Positions 12,990 through 26,805 of a DNA stretch of 64,000 nt are shown piece after piece. The notes under the pieces are model-generated. The model did no database searches, was not told where the DNA came from, and saw only the letters and a program-made list of their open reading frames with translations. The stretch is from Eledone cirrhosa. Lineage: Eukaryota. The translations under genes and the position numbers were made by a program. The stretch is from positions 240,498,001 through 240,562,000 of the forward strand of contig OZ024740.1 of assembly GCA_964016885.1 (NCBI GenBank), in the 5' to 3' direction. The stretch's first letter is position 1. Each line of letters begins with the position of its first letter.

Positions 12990-14478
12990 CTACAGTGAGA
13001 GATAGATGTAATATTTATTACCATTTAAAAATAAACTTGAAATTTGTTCTTAGAAACCTCATTCCCATCAATGCTTCACTAATGCTGGTACGACAATAAA
13101 AATGCAGCCTGCCCATTCTGTAAAGTGATAGTCCTGTGTCCCACAATGAAAAGCACCAAGTAAACCCTGTAAAGTAGTAGTGCCGGAGTCACAATAAAAT
13201 GTTCTCAGTATATACTGTAAAGTGGCTGGTGTTAAGGGCACCCGGCTATAGAAACCAAGCCAAAAACTGAGTGTACAAGCAGGACATAGTCACCTGACTA
13301 GTCAACCCTCAGTATATAACCTATCTAACCCATGCAAGCATGGAAAATAGACGTTAAATGGTGATGCTGATAATGATGAAAAATGAGATATTTTCCAGAG
13401 GCACAAATTTAGATTGTACTGCTCATACACCTCTAGAATATTTTATTTACCTCTACATGCAGGCATGGCTGTTTGGTTAAATCATTTGCTTCACATACGA
13501 AACAAACTATTTAACCACACAGCCATGTGTAGTTAAATAGTTTGTTTCATATGTGAAGCAAATGATTTAACCACACAGTGATTTTGGGGTTTAGTCCCAC
13601 TAAATGGCACCTTTGTACTATAGCCTAGAACTCATCAATGCTTTGTAAGGAAAAGTTCATAGGCTGAAGCTATGAGGAAGCCCATCATATATATATATGT
13701 TTGTGCATGTTTATGTTTGCTGTTTATTTATGTCCTGTAACTTAGTAGCTTCATACAAAGAGAGTGATAAAATAAGTGCCAGACTTGAAAAAATAAGTAC
13801 TAGGATCGATATGATCAACTAAACCCCTTCCACAGTCTAATGAGAAACTAGTATAAGAATTAAGGAATCTCGTTTTTCTGTACTACTTATATTGTATATT
13901 ATCACTTAACCATATAACATTTATATAGATCAAGTTATGAGTAGAAACTATGCCAAAAAAGGATGGAGAGTACTCTGCAGTTGAGTCAATGGCACAACAA
14001 ACTCTCTAGAGTTGGTGCTATGATAAAACAAAATCGGTACATTCTATAAAGTCGTTGGTGATAGGAAGGACATCAAGCTGTAGAAAACTTGGCAAACAAA
14101 GGGCCAAGAAGAGGCTTCAGGTGTGTCAAAGACAGGACAACCTCCTTAGTGCTGATGCCACGATAAAACACACTCTGTAGAGTTCAAGAACATATGTCAC
14201 AAGATGCTTAGATATATTTTGTAACACCTCACAGGCTCTGAGAGAGCTGTCAAGAAGGAAGTTATCCTCAGATTGGAGACCTCACTAAAAACTACAAGGG
14301 CCAGGTAATAGTGTTTACGAATTTAACAGTTAGCTAACATATAACAGCCTTCAAATCTCATCAATGGTGCTGAACCTTCCAAAAAAGAAAAAGAAAAGAG
14401 AAAGAAATTGCTTGTTTCTCTGAAGTAAAATAAAGCAGAATCTACTTCAAATATATCTAAAATATATCAATAACTTAC

Positions 14479-14617
14479 CTGCAATAGTTGCAGCACAAAG
14501 TAAACTTAAGGGGGAATTGTAACCATTAGGATCAGAAAAACGTTTTTTTAAATGGGCATAAAGAGGGAAGTATATTGCAGAGAATGGGATATCACGAAGG
14601 AAACAGGCTTTGGCACC
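14479..14617 (-). CDS. SLC25A12: Aralar/citrin exon K (139 nt)
   Basis: [46 protein letters not shown]; CAG acceptor, GTAAGT donor. Confidence 0.98.
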
Positions 14618-15529
14618 CTGATGAAGAAAATATAGATAATGATTAGCAATTTAATTAAAACAAACAAATCAGTATTAATTTAATATTTACAAATATTCAA
14701 AGGTAATTGTTATATTTGGAGACAGTTATGTTATTATAATATTGCAAAAAAATAAAGTAAAACACTGTTTGTTTTGGTTGATTTTTGCTTCAGTATATAT
14801 TTTTATATTTCTATAATTAATTCAGCTGGTAATCAATGTTTATCATTGATTGACCAACAGTTAAAAATATAAATATAGTTTCTCTGAGTTCTTTCGTCAA
14901 ACAGCTGTGACATCATCAGTGATGTTTCTGTTTCCTCCTATTGGGGGGGGGGGGGGGGGGGGGGGCAATATTATAACAACATGACCCTCCCAAAATATAA
15001 TAATATCTGTTTCAACACACAATTTCATATCAAAAACCTTGCAAAACAAATTCAAAGGTATATTTTTCATCAATTGTAAAAAGAATCCATTATATAATAA
15101 TTTATTTATACTGATAAAACCAACAGACACCATATTTCAACTTTGTTAAGCAGTTCTATCAACATATATGATTTAATACCAATGTTTTTTTTTTATCTTT
15201 CCAGTGGATGATAAAAAATTTAACTCAGTTATTGTTACTATTTATTTACCCTTTTGATACTAACCCAGCCAAAACCACCAAATTTAAATTGTTCCAATCA
15301 AAATTAAAATTTAACAATATAATTTTATGCAAGAACTATATTAAGTTACTGTCTTAGTAAAGAAATAATGTAAAGTAGGTAATGAAAGACTAGAGTCTCT
15401 TTTTATTATCTTAAAAATTGTAAGGATTATCTTTTTTTTTTAAATGCAACAACTGGAAATCAATAGATCAATTACTCTTTTACCTGTTCCAGCCATCCGG
15501 CTGAGGCCATGCTGGGGCACCACCCTTTA

Positions 15530-15649
15530 ATGCTTACAGCAGCTAGGTTTCCCAAGCGGTCACCCATCTAAGTACTAACTAGGCTCGACGTTGCTTAACT
15601 TCAGTGATCGGACGAGAACCAATGTTTTCAGCGTGATATGGCCATAAAC
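15530..15649 (-). pseudogene. 5S rRNA-derived sequence (pseudogene or head of a 5S SINE)
   Basis: GTTTATGGCCATATCACGCTGAAAAC..GGTTCTCGTCCGATCAC.GAAGTTAAGCAACGTCGAGCC..GTTAGTACTT.GATGGGTGACCGC.TGGGAA; 120 nt; apparent CpG decay; no oligo-T terminator directly after it. Confidence 0.92.
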
Positions 15650-17235
15650 GTATTTATTTCATAAGTCTGGTATAGAGAGCCAACTCAATATAACAAGCAG
15701 TATCCATCAAAGATTGACACTGACTTTGTAGAAACATTAAAAAAAGCTGTTACATTATCCAGTTTTTTTTGTTTTGTTTTTTTTTCAATAGAATCCATTG
15801 ATATTTAAAAAAGCTGAAACAGCTTTAATCAAAAATTTATTATGAATGATCTCAACAATACGTGTTAATAATTAAATGGATTTTTGTTCTTTTAGCAATA
15901 TTTTAATTTATATAGGAACACTAAAGAAATAAAGAGTATATACACACCTCTGATAAAATAATAATGAAACACTAGCAAAATGGATAATTTGAAAAATACA
16001 ACAAGAAACAGTACAAATCAAGTTACTTTTCATAATTTAGTCACTATGGTCATGGGTGTATCTGGTTTAGAATAGGTACACTGAATCTCTGCATGTCATA
16101 AGAAGCAACTAAAGGGTTGGTGTCAGGAAGGGCATCTGGCTATAAAACATTGCCTCAAAAGTCTCATCCAATCATTATGGAAAAGTCAACAAAAATTCTG
16201 ATGTAATTTTCACTTTTCAAATATGTAAAAGTGTTTTGATTCTAATTTTTACTACATTATTTCTTCTTTTTTTAATATTTGTTAAGATTTGTGTGCAAAC
16301 TTTGTTGTCATTAAGGTTTGTTATTTCTAATTGTTTTATATAATTGGATAAAGCAATATCATTATTTTAAGCTTGATGTCACACACCAAAAGAGGTAAAC
16401 ATTATTTGACCTATGAAGAGAAAGAATTCATTCATTCTATTACAAAAGACATAGAAATTGAAAGAAAGAAAATTAGGCATTTAATTAACCACCATACTCA
16501 AAGGGTTCATCAAAATTAAGAAAGCAGATCAGCAGCCTGAAAACATCATCCAGCTGAAAAAAATAAGCCCCTGAGTTCAGAAAGATCAAAGAAGGCAGAC
16601 AAAATTAACTTCTAACATCAAGAAGCGAGCCATCACTTCATAATCAAAGAATTTCAATACCAAACAAGTGTAGCCAGATGTACCGTTATACACATGCAGA
16701 ATTTGCAGTGGAACAAATGCCTAGAAATCCCACATTCAAAAGAGAAAAAACTCTACTGACAGCATGAATTTCTTGAACTGTATAGACCTCCATTTTCTTT
16801 CCAGATATTCCTCCTTCCAACTAGCCAGTATATATGTCTGAGAATATCAAATGCAAAACTCAAAGGAGGTTGCCTAAAACCTTCAAAATTTGGAGGTTAC
16901 GACTTGGTGACAGAGTGAGAGTGATAATTTTCACCATTCAAGGTGTTGAAGAACATTTTTTATGTAATAAAATCATCATTTCACAAAAGCATCTCTTTAT
17001 ACACCAGCTTACTCACATCTACCAATATGATGATGCTATAGATCAATAGAAATATTTCTCCAGACTGTCCCCAGACCTGCTGAAAATGAATACAATTTTA
17101 AATTATAGAAATCTTTATATCCATTTCAAAGAACCACTTTCAAGAATTATTCATAGGCCCAGTAAGTTCAAAACCAAATGGAGGTTAGAAATAAAATGGT
17201 AAAGCAAGCAAAACAAGCCAAGGTCAATAAATTAC

Positions 17236-17373
17236 CTTATATAAACCAAAAAATCCTAGTTCTCTGATCACAGATAAAGCACTGATACGTTTTCCGACAA
17301 TTTCACCAGCAACTTGTAAGCGAATTTTGACAATTTCTAAAGGATTAGTAAACACCACCTGTGATGCACCCGC
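17236..17373 (-). CDS. SLC25A12: Aralar/citrin exon J (138 nt)
   Basis: [46 protein letters not shown]; second carrier signature. Confidence 0.98.
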
Positions 17374-18767
17374 CTAGAAAATAAAGATTAAGAAAACACA
17401 ACTGTAATATTAACAATATATTTATCTCTCAGTAAGCAGCATATTTCACCCAATACACCATGCATCAATGTCTACACAAGCATCTAATGCCACCAATAAT
17501 CAGTTATTTTCTTAGCTTACCAGTTATAATTCTTGCTTCATAGACCAGACATCATCATCATCATTTAATGTCTGTCTTACTTACTAGCAATGGTTGGACA
17601 GATCTTCAGAGACTAAGTCAATACTCAAGCAGGGCTACTGACATCTTAGATGGGCCTGGGGCCTGCATCTCATATTTGTTCCTGTGCTCTACTGAGTGCT
17701 CAGACAGACTAAGAGTCCCACATTTTGCTTATATACATTCTTGCATTCTACCTAGTGTATTTTATTGTGGTGCTAGCACTAGGGAAATTATGTCTTTGAC
17801 ACAACTGAAGAGTCCTTCCAACCCTTTGTTTGGCAAGCATTCTGGAGCTGAATGCTCTTCCTATCACCACTTTACAGAACTTACTGGATTCCTTTATCAT
17901 GTAGATCAGCAACATGAGAGGTTGTTATATTTTTGATACAAGTGAAGAGTTCTTCAAACACTTTGTTTGGTAAGCTCTTCATTTTTAATTCAATACTGAA
18001 TATTTATATTAATAAAAAATATATAGACAATTATAGAGAAATGCATGACTGTACACAAATATTTGCGCACACACACACACATAAGTACAGAACTTATTTA
18101 GAATAAATAATAATAAATAATATAAAAACAACAATTTCAAATATTTAATATCTTGGTAAATAAAACCCAAATATGATTATACTTCAGCTGAGATAGAACT
18201 ACTACACTATGTATAGAAGGTTAACAATAAGCAATGCAACTGACTTCTCTAAACCATTACACCATGGAGCAGTGGTAGTGGTGAGGTGATGATGATGAAG
18301 AAGCTGCAACTTTATTTTGTGTTTATTATAACAAGTGTATAGGCTCCACAGTTATATTACAAGTTGAATATGAGAGCTTAGCCATTATTGTGTAACACAG
18401 CTCAGACTTGATTAACGAACCTACCATGAGTTGTTATAGGGTCAATAACAATAATTTAATTTAAAAACTCAGATGCAATCCTCAGAGACTTTCCTCTGGA
18501 TATACCATGACTTTGCATAGATGAGGATCATACTATGCACTACAACATGCAATAATTTATTGCATGGGGTGGCAGTCTAGGCATTTGCATTTTCTACAGC
18601 TCTGTTCCTATAAGTTCTAGTAGCGGCCACAGCAGATAACAGGCAAAGTAGACTCTGTAGGAACACAACAGTTGCAGTTTCTTTGCATATCTCAATGGTG
18701 TGCACTACAACAGAATTTTCAATGACGTGAGTAAACTAGCTTTTAATCTATTTAATTTATTACTTAC

Positions 18768-18848
18768 ACAACCGCCAGCAAGCATTTCAGATACCAAAGA
18801 TATAGAGCCATCTTTCTGTGTTAGCCTTTCACGAACTAAGTCATTCAT
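18768..18848 (-). CDS. SLC25A12: Aralar/citrin exon I (81 nt)
   Basis: MNDLVRERLTQKDGSISLVSEMLAGGC; CAG acceptor, GTAAGT donor. Confidence 0.96.
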
Positions 18849-18995
18849 CTGAAAAGAAAAACAGCAAAATGATTTCATTTCGATTAATGATTGTAAAATG
18901 AAGGATAGTATAAAGGGAACAATCTTAGAACAACTTTGAAGTTAAGCTGAAATATTTAATGTCAACATAACATTGTCATCGTACAAGCTATCTTT

Positions 18996-19182
18996 GGTGG
19001 ATTGGCAGTATCGGTAGAGGGTCGGACGCCATGCTTTGCAGCACAGTTACGTCTCTTTACGGACTGAGTTCAAATCCCGCCAAGGTTAACTTTACCTTTC
19101 ATCCTTACGGGGTCGATAAAATAAAGTACCAGTAATGTACTGGATAATTGCTGGCCTTGTGCCAAAAGTAGAAACAATTATT
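18996..19182 (+). mobile_element. SINE family 1 copy
   Basis: Reverse complement of the 1350-1533 element. Confidence 0.88.
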
Positions 19183-19670
19183 GCTTACCAGGGTCCATTC
19201 ATACATAATTGATACACATTAAATGGAATAAATAGATAATTATATGAAAACAAGATAATTAAAAAATAAATAATTCTAAAAAAATGAAGAACAAATAGGG
19301 TAACCCATATGCACTCACGCTAGAGCACTCATCAGCATTGGTCTGCTGTTCCTTGAAACTGCTATAATCAAATGTGCTCGTGAACATGCTTGGCATCAGA
19401 CTAGGTTAGAAACTTGCCACATCTAGGGACATGCAGATCATGGAGTATTATTGTGATTTTCACAAACAGCTTATCATTTGTGTTCTATAAATTAAGGTTC
19501 ATTTCCTCCTTCCTGGGTTTACCATATAGAATATTCAGAAAATCCAAGGCTTATTTAAGCAGCTCCATAACATGGGTACCCAGCTGCCTGAGAATCAGTA
19601 CCAAAAACCTCCAAGTAGCAGCTCAACTTTAACTAAATATATATATATAATATGTATATGATATATTTAC

Positions 19671-19879
19671 CGTTAATTTAATAGCTTTCTCTGGAGCAAC
19701 TCCGACAAGTTGGGGAGCCAATCCTCGATAAAGGCCAGTGACACCTTCATGACGCAAAACTTTTTTAAAGCAATCAAAGCTATTTTTGTACATCAACTCT
19801 CCAACATAAGAGCCAGAGCGTTGATTCTGAAGACGGGTCTTAACAAGATCAATAGGGTATACAGCTGTAGCTCCAGTGG
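19671..19879 (-). CDS. SLC25A12: Aralar/citrin exon H (209 nt)
   Basis: [70 protein letters not shown]; carrier signature PxDxxKxR and the AGC PEKAIK motif. Confidence 0.98.
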
Positions 19880-20869
19880 CTAGAAAAGTAAGAAGAAAAA
19901 CATTTCAGTTATAAATTACAATTAAAGACAAACACAAACCACATGACAGGTTATGTAAACATCTCAAAAATGAGAAATGACAGTGTGAATATTGTTAGAG
20001 GGAGTGTGTGTAACAAAGAAGGGCATCCAATTTGTTCATCTTCAATACTGTTGATTATCATCCGCTACTGCTAGCCATAATTCTTTCTCTGTCACTCTCT
20101 ACATGTTTTCTCTTTCATTATTCTCTTCCTTACCATCCAATAACTGTTTCCCACACTACACTCATATTCATACTCTCTCTCCTCTTCCACCTCCTTAGTC
20201 ATCATCCTTCGACTCACACTTGAAAGAATGAAAACTAAGTAGGATGCGGACAAATTCTTTAGTGTTGTAGAGAACAAATTAATCTCTCTAGATTTGGTGC
20301 CATAAAATACACTCACTACACTCTGTAAAGTGGTTGGCCATTGAACAGGATAACATAGTGAACAGAGGACTCTTTAATCACATCAATGACATTACAGCCT
20401 CTCTGCTGCTGGTGCTATAACAAAATGCACTTACTACACTCTGTAAAATGACTGGTGTTTAAAACAACCGGCTTTAGAAACCATGCTAAAAATGGAATGT
20501 ATGAACAATATTGATCCTCTGGCCCATCTAAGAGGACAGTAACTCTGAATAAGAACTAGCATTGAGATTTTCAAATACATCTACACTATATTTTCTGTAG
20601 AATTAAAGTGGTTATAAGTGGTTATTAAACATCCCTCATGAATATGATAGAAGTAAATAAAAAAAAATGTAAAGATTTGTTACTATGAGAAAAATTAAAA
20701 ACATTAGCATGCTATAAGTTGCCAAAAATGGATCAGTGCAGTGTTGTTGTTCATTTAAAAATTTCACAGCCACTATTATGTAAGATTTGACATTGGAAAA
20801 AAAAAAAACAGCACTCACTACTAAAAATATAGATTGTAATAGAGTACAATTTGTAGTACAAGTAGCTAA

Positions 20870-21550
20870 ATTGAGTCAGCATAGAAAATTTGGTTTGGCA
20901 ATATTCATAAAAAGAATGCTGCAATTAATGGCCTTCAAATCTCACACCACATGATGGACGATTTAATAGGTGGAAAGGTGAGAGTATAAATGCATTCATA
21001 GCAAGGAAAATAGCATTTATTATAATTATCAGCAAAAGTGTGGATTAAGATAGAATGCACAAAAATTATTGCTGAATATTCTAAAAATATTTATAAGGCA
21101 GATAGAACAGGGCTTTATTTCCATGCAAAACTTATTTCTTTAAAAATGAAAGTGATAAAGGATTTATATTTCCAAAAGTGCAAGTGACAGATTGTGCATG
21201 GGCTAATATGAAGGGACAGAAATGAGAGCTAGTGCCTGAAAAAAGTAAAAATCCTCAGTGTTTTAAGGATGTCAAAGGTTTACATGTTCATTACTGTTCT
21301 AATGCAAATTTTTGGATGGTTAGTTATTTTTAACTGATTGCTCAAGTGAGATTAGGAATTGAAGCAAAATATTGGCTCGTTAGTGACAATTGTACAACGT
21401 ACAAAAATAATTTGTCATGAAAGTATTTTATTGATGCAAATGCAATTACAAAATGGATTTAACTTCTTAATGCATTGCACAGGTTAGTAATGTTATGAAA
21501 GCAAGTCTCAGAAAGAATTATTGAAAATTGTTTTGAAATAGGTGGATTTT
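20870..21550 (+). mobile_element. pogo/Tigger DDE transposase relic
   Basis: Fragmentary IIAEYSKNIYKADRTGLYF (cf. IFNADETGLF), VDNC-like and IIENCFEIGGF motifs in shifting frames. Confidence 0.6.
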
Positions 21551-21668
21551 CTAAAGAAACACAAAAACTCATGTCAACAAGAAATTTGAGTTTACACACA
21601 CTGTGTGTGTGCATCCATCAATCTATTACCATTTATTATTGTGATAACTTATTGTGATAATCCTGGGC

Positions 21669-21834
21669 GGTGGATTGGCAGTATCAGTAGAGGGTCGGAC
21701 GCCATGCTTTCCAGCATAGTTACGTCCCTTTACGATCTGAGTTCAAATCCCGCCGAGGTTGACTTTGCCTTTCATCCTTACGGGGTCGATAAAATAAAGT
21801 ACCAGTAATGCACTGGGTAATTGCTGGCCTTGTG
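21669..21834 (+). mobile_element. SINE family 1 copy (3'-shortened)
   Basis: Same head and core; TTGTGATAACTTA occurs on both sides. Confidence 0.85.
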
Positions 21835-22098
21835 ATAACTTAGTTGCTCAACAAACAGAGATTGATAATGTAAAAAACAGATGGAGATAAGTACTAGGAA
21901 CGATATGATTGGCTTGTGCCTATGCTTGAGCATTCAAGGGTTTTAGCCAATGACTGAAACCCACAAAAAGAGCAATTCAAACCTACAGATGAAACAATAA
22001 CCGATTTAGGTCATCTCTTCATATTCATGGATATGATAAATAGGAATAATGGTTTCTTACATAAATAATAATATTAAATTGATAAAAAAAAAACATAC

Positions 22099-22192
22099 CA
22101 CCAGCTATAGAACCAAGGGAAAAACGATAAGCATTTTCTAAAACCATCATCATTGCACTACGTCCAGTACCTTCAGCAAGACGGATCTTTTC
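22099..22192 (-). CDS. SLC25A12: Aralar/citrin exon G (94 nt)
   Basis: EKIRLAEGTGRSAMMMVLENAYRFSLGSIAG; CAG acceptor, GTATGT donor; start of the carrier domain. Confidence 0.95.
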
Positions 22193-22479
22193 CTGGAATA
22201 AAAAAAACAAAAATCAATCATGCTATAAGGGTATCTCTGTTAAATCTTCTTCTTAAGTCATCCGATGCCTTGAATACATAAAAGACGAAGTACATGCACT
22301 TGAATCCATCTGTGAGTCTCAGTGACTTGAGATCAGTTCTCACCACCTCTGCCCAGGTCTTTCTTGGTCTACCTAATGTCCGTACCAATGCAATCTTCTC
22401 TTCTGCACACCACATTGGATTCCTTTTAAACCCAATTTCTCCCTCAGCTCATCCAAGCTCGGCCTTTCTCTCACATTTA

Positions 22480-23585
22480 CATTACACATCCAATGAAATA
22501 TGGTTGCTTAATTTCTCTCCATTGCAGTTGGATGTGCTCTGCAATGAGAAACCCTTTGCAATTTGTACATTCATGTCAACGCCAATGACGAGCATTGAAT
22601 GGAGCAGAATGTCCTCAACTGCATTACTTAGTTTGAAATAGAAGTCATTAATGACATCATCCAGTGAAATGTTGTGTAGAGAGTAGCAAGCAAACAAGAC
22701 TGTCTTGGGATTTCCCAAAATGTGACAGAAACAATGTGCTCATCAATTTTCTTGACTGCAAGACGTAGAGGTAGCAAATTAGAGATGAAAGAAATGGAAG
22801 CCCAGTCATTTCGAACAGCAGATGCTATGAAAAGAGTTGTAGATCCAATGTTTCAATCTTGAATATATGTTACAGAAATGTAGTCATTCATGAGTTTATT
22901 GAACTCAGCTTGTGGGGATGCAATTCTTAGAGTGCTGCAGTTTAGTATGGCCACTTTATAAGACTGGCTAGATCTAAAGAGACTTTTCTTAGGTCATTTG
23001 ATGATTGGAGCTCAGCTGTTCCAAAGAATTAGGGTCAGACTCATCATTGGCTGCAGGAGAAGCATTGCATGACCATATGAATGGCCTATTGGCAAGGGCT
23101 TTAACCTTGGTACTATAGTTGAACTTCATCATGCTTTTTCTAATGGCTAAATACATATGTGGCTCGCTACAACCATATACTTTACAGTTATCTACTAACT
23201 GGAACAATGCACCTTCCCATTGTCAAGTGAAATAATCGTCTGTGAAGCTGCTCTGTTCTCTTTGCCAAAACCTCTGTTTATTGATGATCACCACAGGAAC
23301 TACAACTACCCGTAAAGATAAAGGGTTTTTTTTTCTCAGGCTTAGACTCCTCTAGATCTGTTGTGTACAGCTTGAAACAGGATCAACAGATAAAAGTAGA
23401 TAAAAATATATACATATGTACACACTATTGGATGGCCGTTAACTCTCCTGAGTTCTTCCGCCCATTGACAGATTTTGTTTTTTGTCCCGCTGGGTGTCCA
23501 AAAAAGAGTCACCCTCCTCACCAAGCAAGCTTGGTGGGGTTGCTGGTTTAGATGTCACCAGCAACACTCAAGAGCGATCAGACTA
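22480..23585 (-). mobile_element. Decayed RTE-X-like LINE 5' portion (APE remnant plus leader)
   Basis: GNPKTVLFACYS..N.S......FY.KLS.AV.DI..HSMLVIG.DMN.QI...NGE.L; the leader at 23425-23585 is homologous to 52013-52150. Confidence 0.65.
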
Positions 23586-23644
23586 TATAATTAATAACCA
23601 AGTACTACATAATATTAGTTGATAAATATTAGATGTATACTTAC

Positions 23645-23729
23645 TTCAGCTATTTGCATCTGGATGGAATATGGAGTCTCTCTCCCTTCCATGGGAGATA
23701 CACATTCCAAATCTTCATATCTTATACGG
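23645..23729 (-). CDS. SLC25A12: Aralar/citrin exon F (85 nt)
   Basis: RIRYEDLECVSPMEGRETPYSIQMQIAE; TAG acceptor, GTAAGT donor; phase 2 to 0 fits both neighbours. Confidence 0.9.
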
Positions 23730-26320
23730 CTATAAAATATACAGTTTTTTTTAATATTATAAATTAAGCATTGAACATGATTATAAAACAGTTAAGTGTA
23801 TTTCAAAATATAGGACATCTAACTAAAAGAAAAAAAAATCATGAAATCAATATAACATAGTAGGAAATGATAGTGTAGTGAATATGGAAGGCTAAAGCTT
23901 AAATCGTAGCCAGTTTGGTAATTGAAAGTGACAGATCAATTGATTTGATAACTATAGCAAAGACTATAGAGAACACATGGCTTTATTGTCAATAAATAAA
24001 TATCCCATAATATTAGAGGTAATATAAAAACATCATAAGGTATATTTAACAAGAAAGTGATACTAAAACAAGCTAATCCCTAAATCTGAATATTAAAATA
24101 CTAACCAACAAAAGCCAAAATCTATGTAGCCAACTACAGACATGTAACCAACTACAGACACCACCTACAAGTCAAATTCATATTATACACTGTCATTTAA
24201 TGAATGTCTTGATTTTTAAAATAAAGTTTCATAGAAAAACATCCAACATATTACCATTTATAACTATAATCTTTACCAATCAACTACTGAGTAACTAATG
24301 TATAGTATGGACCCACAACTTATGGTGGAATCATAGGGGTGTCATAATGACATATGGTATTTCTTGGGTATTTTAAACCAGGTGCAGCCCATCCCCTCTC
24401 CAGATCTGAAATCATCCAATTCTTCAAGTGAAGAATGGGGAGAGATAGAGTAAAAGAGAAAAAATATAGAAGAATTGACTACAGTACTGGACTGGTACTA
24501 TCTTTAGCAACCTCAAAAGGATGAAAAGCATAATCAGGATTTGAACTCAGAACATAGAGAGCTGGAGTGAATACAGCAAAACATTATATCTAACATTCTA
24601 ATGACTCTGCCAATTCACCTTCTTCTGTATAGCTAATACCAACCTATGGGTAGTTTTCAGATTTAAAATTTAGCCAATTAATTATCTGGTTTGTGCAACT
24701 AGATTTTATGGAACTATCTAAGAAAAATTAATGATGAAATTAACAAAAGTGCATTTATCTATACACAAAATAGAAAATTGCATATAGTTAATTGTTCATA
24801 AGCCATTAGAAAATATCTGAAAAGTAGATAAAATTCAGTTATTTTAGAAAATTTACAAATTTTAAAAGAATGTGTTGATTGTTGATACTGAATTAAATGG
24901 GAATAGAAAATATCAATGAGTAAGGTAAAATATAACATTAATGGAAGGTTTGTAGAATTATAAGGGTAAGCATCATTATGAGATGTTTGTTGCAGGTAAA
25001 AAGCAGTATCTAACCATAAACCCATAACTCACCAAGGAGTTATAGGAGCTCCATCTTAAGCATTTAAAGCTGTCTGAACCCATCCTTCTCTAGGTACATA
25101 TACAGCTGATTTCTTCCAAAGAAATGGAGAGATAGAGAGAGAGTGCAAACGAGAAGTGAGAAAGAAAGGAAGAATCAACCTCAATAATGAAATGGTACTT
25201 TATCAACTTTGAAAGGATGAAAAGCAAAATTGACCTCAACAAGATTTAAACTCATAGAGTTGCAGAGAGCCAAAACAAATACCACAAAGCATTCTATCCA
25301 ACATTCTGACAATTCTGCTATTTTGCTGCCCCTAAATAACAATATACAGTAAGTTAATGAAGAGTCTTGGTTTGGGGTTTTTGTTTTGTTTTGCTTTTTT
25401 TAGTACTAAACCATGAAACAGTAAAATTTATCAGTTATGCATAGACAGGCTTCTGCATAGTTTCTGTCAAACAAATTCTCCTCACAAGATACTGACCAGC
25501 CCAAGGTGCCAATCAGTAGGATCAAATAGAGAACCATGTGGATACAAAGCAAGCTTCTTAACCTTAAAGTTTTGGTGCTGCCCAAATTATTAATTTGGAT
25601 TATGATTAATTAGGGCTATGAGAAATGGTTTTACTAAAAAGGCTTAATTAGAGGTTTGATTGCCTCACTCGCCTATGACACTGAAGAGGTTAAAGTGTAT
25701 TTTACAAAACTATTTACATTTGTTTTACAGACATATCTAACTACTTAAACAACTTCAATCTGTTTTAACTATTTCACATATACCCATTCGCCTTTTCCCT
25801 TATATCAATGTAACTTGATCTCTCTTCTCTACATCTGCATACCATATAAACTAATAACTTCTTACATTTGCATAACGCTACAAATTTGTGGCAGTTCATC
25901 TCTTCCTGCTATATCAAGTGTTAACCTAATATATCCTTTCCATATACTGTACCGATTGTGTTATTTCTGTTTACCTTTTACATATATATATATATATATT
26001 AACACACACAATATTGGATTGACTCCAATGTATTACTAATATGTGGAGGGAACAAAAAGCAAAAGATAACACAACAGAATTTTAAACTTAGATCATAATA
26101 TAGATGAATGAAACTACCATGTATACTCAAATATAAGCCGATCAGAATATAAGCTGACTCTCTATTTTATGTCTGAGAAATAGGCATATATCTAAATCGC
26201 ATTTATAAGGAGTGACAGCCAATCAGTACAGTATTATTTAGTGTGGTGTGGTTTTGAAATTCTCATGAGTGGAGAATGTATTTATGAAGATTTAATATTT
26301 TGATATCTAAAATGTTTTAA

Positions 26321-26541
26321 CCCTTTAGCATTCACATTACTCTATATTTACTAATGTATTTTCATGGTAAAGGCTTTATCTTACATAATTATCTTACATA
26401 ATATTGAATCTATGAGATTTTGATATTATTTATTTTGAGAACAATACCTTAACATCAGTATGAGCGGCCAGTTACAGCCAGTTTGAATAGAAAGAGGTGA
26501 GAGAATTCTGGCCGGATACAGACAGTTTAAATACTAATGGA
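26321..26541 (+). mobile_element. piggyBac-type MITE copy nested in a Tc1/mariner-type element
   Basis: Homologous to 38634-38854; TTAA flanks. Confidence 0.82.
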
Positions 26542-26805
26542 TTAAGTGTCGTGTTTTTTTTTACTGTTTGGAAGGCAATATTCATTCAAAATATATAACA
26601 AATAATAGGAAATACGAATTTCATGTCGAAAGTGAAACCAGTGTAATATTCATCTCCAAAATGAAAATATTTAACACCTCATTTATGTAGATTTTTGAAG
26701 TTGGTGAAAATCAACAAAATATTTACCTTGAATATAAGCAGACTCCCCACTCTACCATTGATTTTTTTTGTCACATATTTTTGGGCTCCCTCCTCAAGCA
26801 GTCAG

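Noticed and set aside
14943-14966. Poly-G runs (also near 760-773 and 37620-37637) as G-quadruplex elements
   Set aside because: Simple homopolymers with no supporting context.
15530-15649. Functional 5S rRNA gene
   Set aside because: Solitary copy with helix-breaking, CpG-type substitutions and no terminator.
16450-16960. Possible mariner transposase relic
   Set aside because: Only faint motif echoes; too degraded to support by eye.
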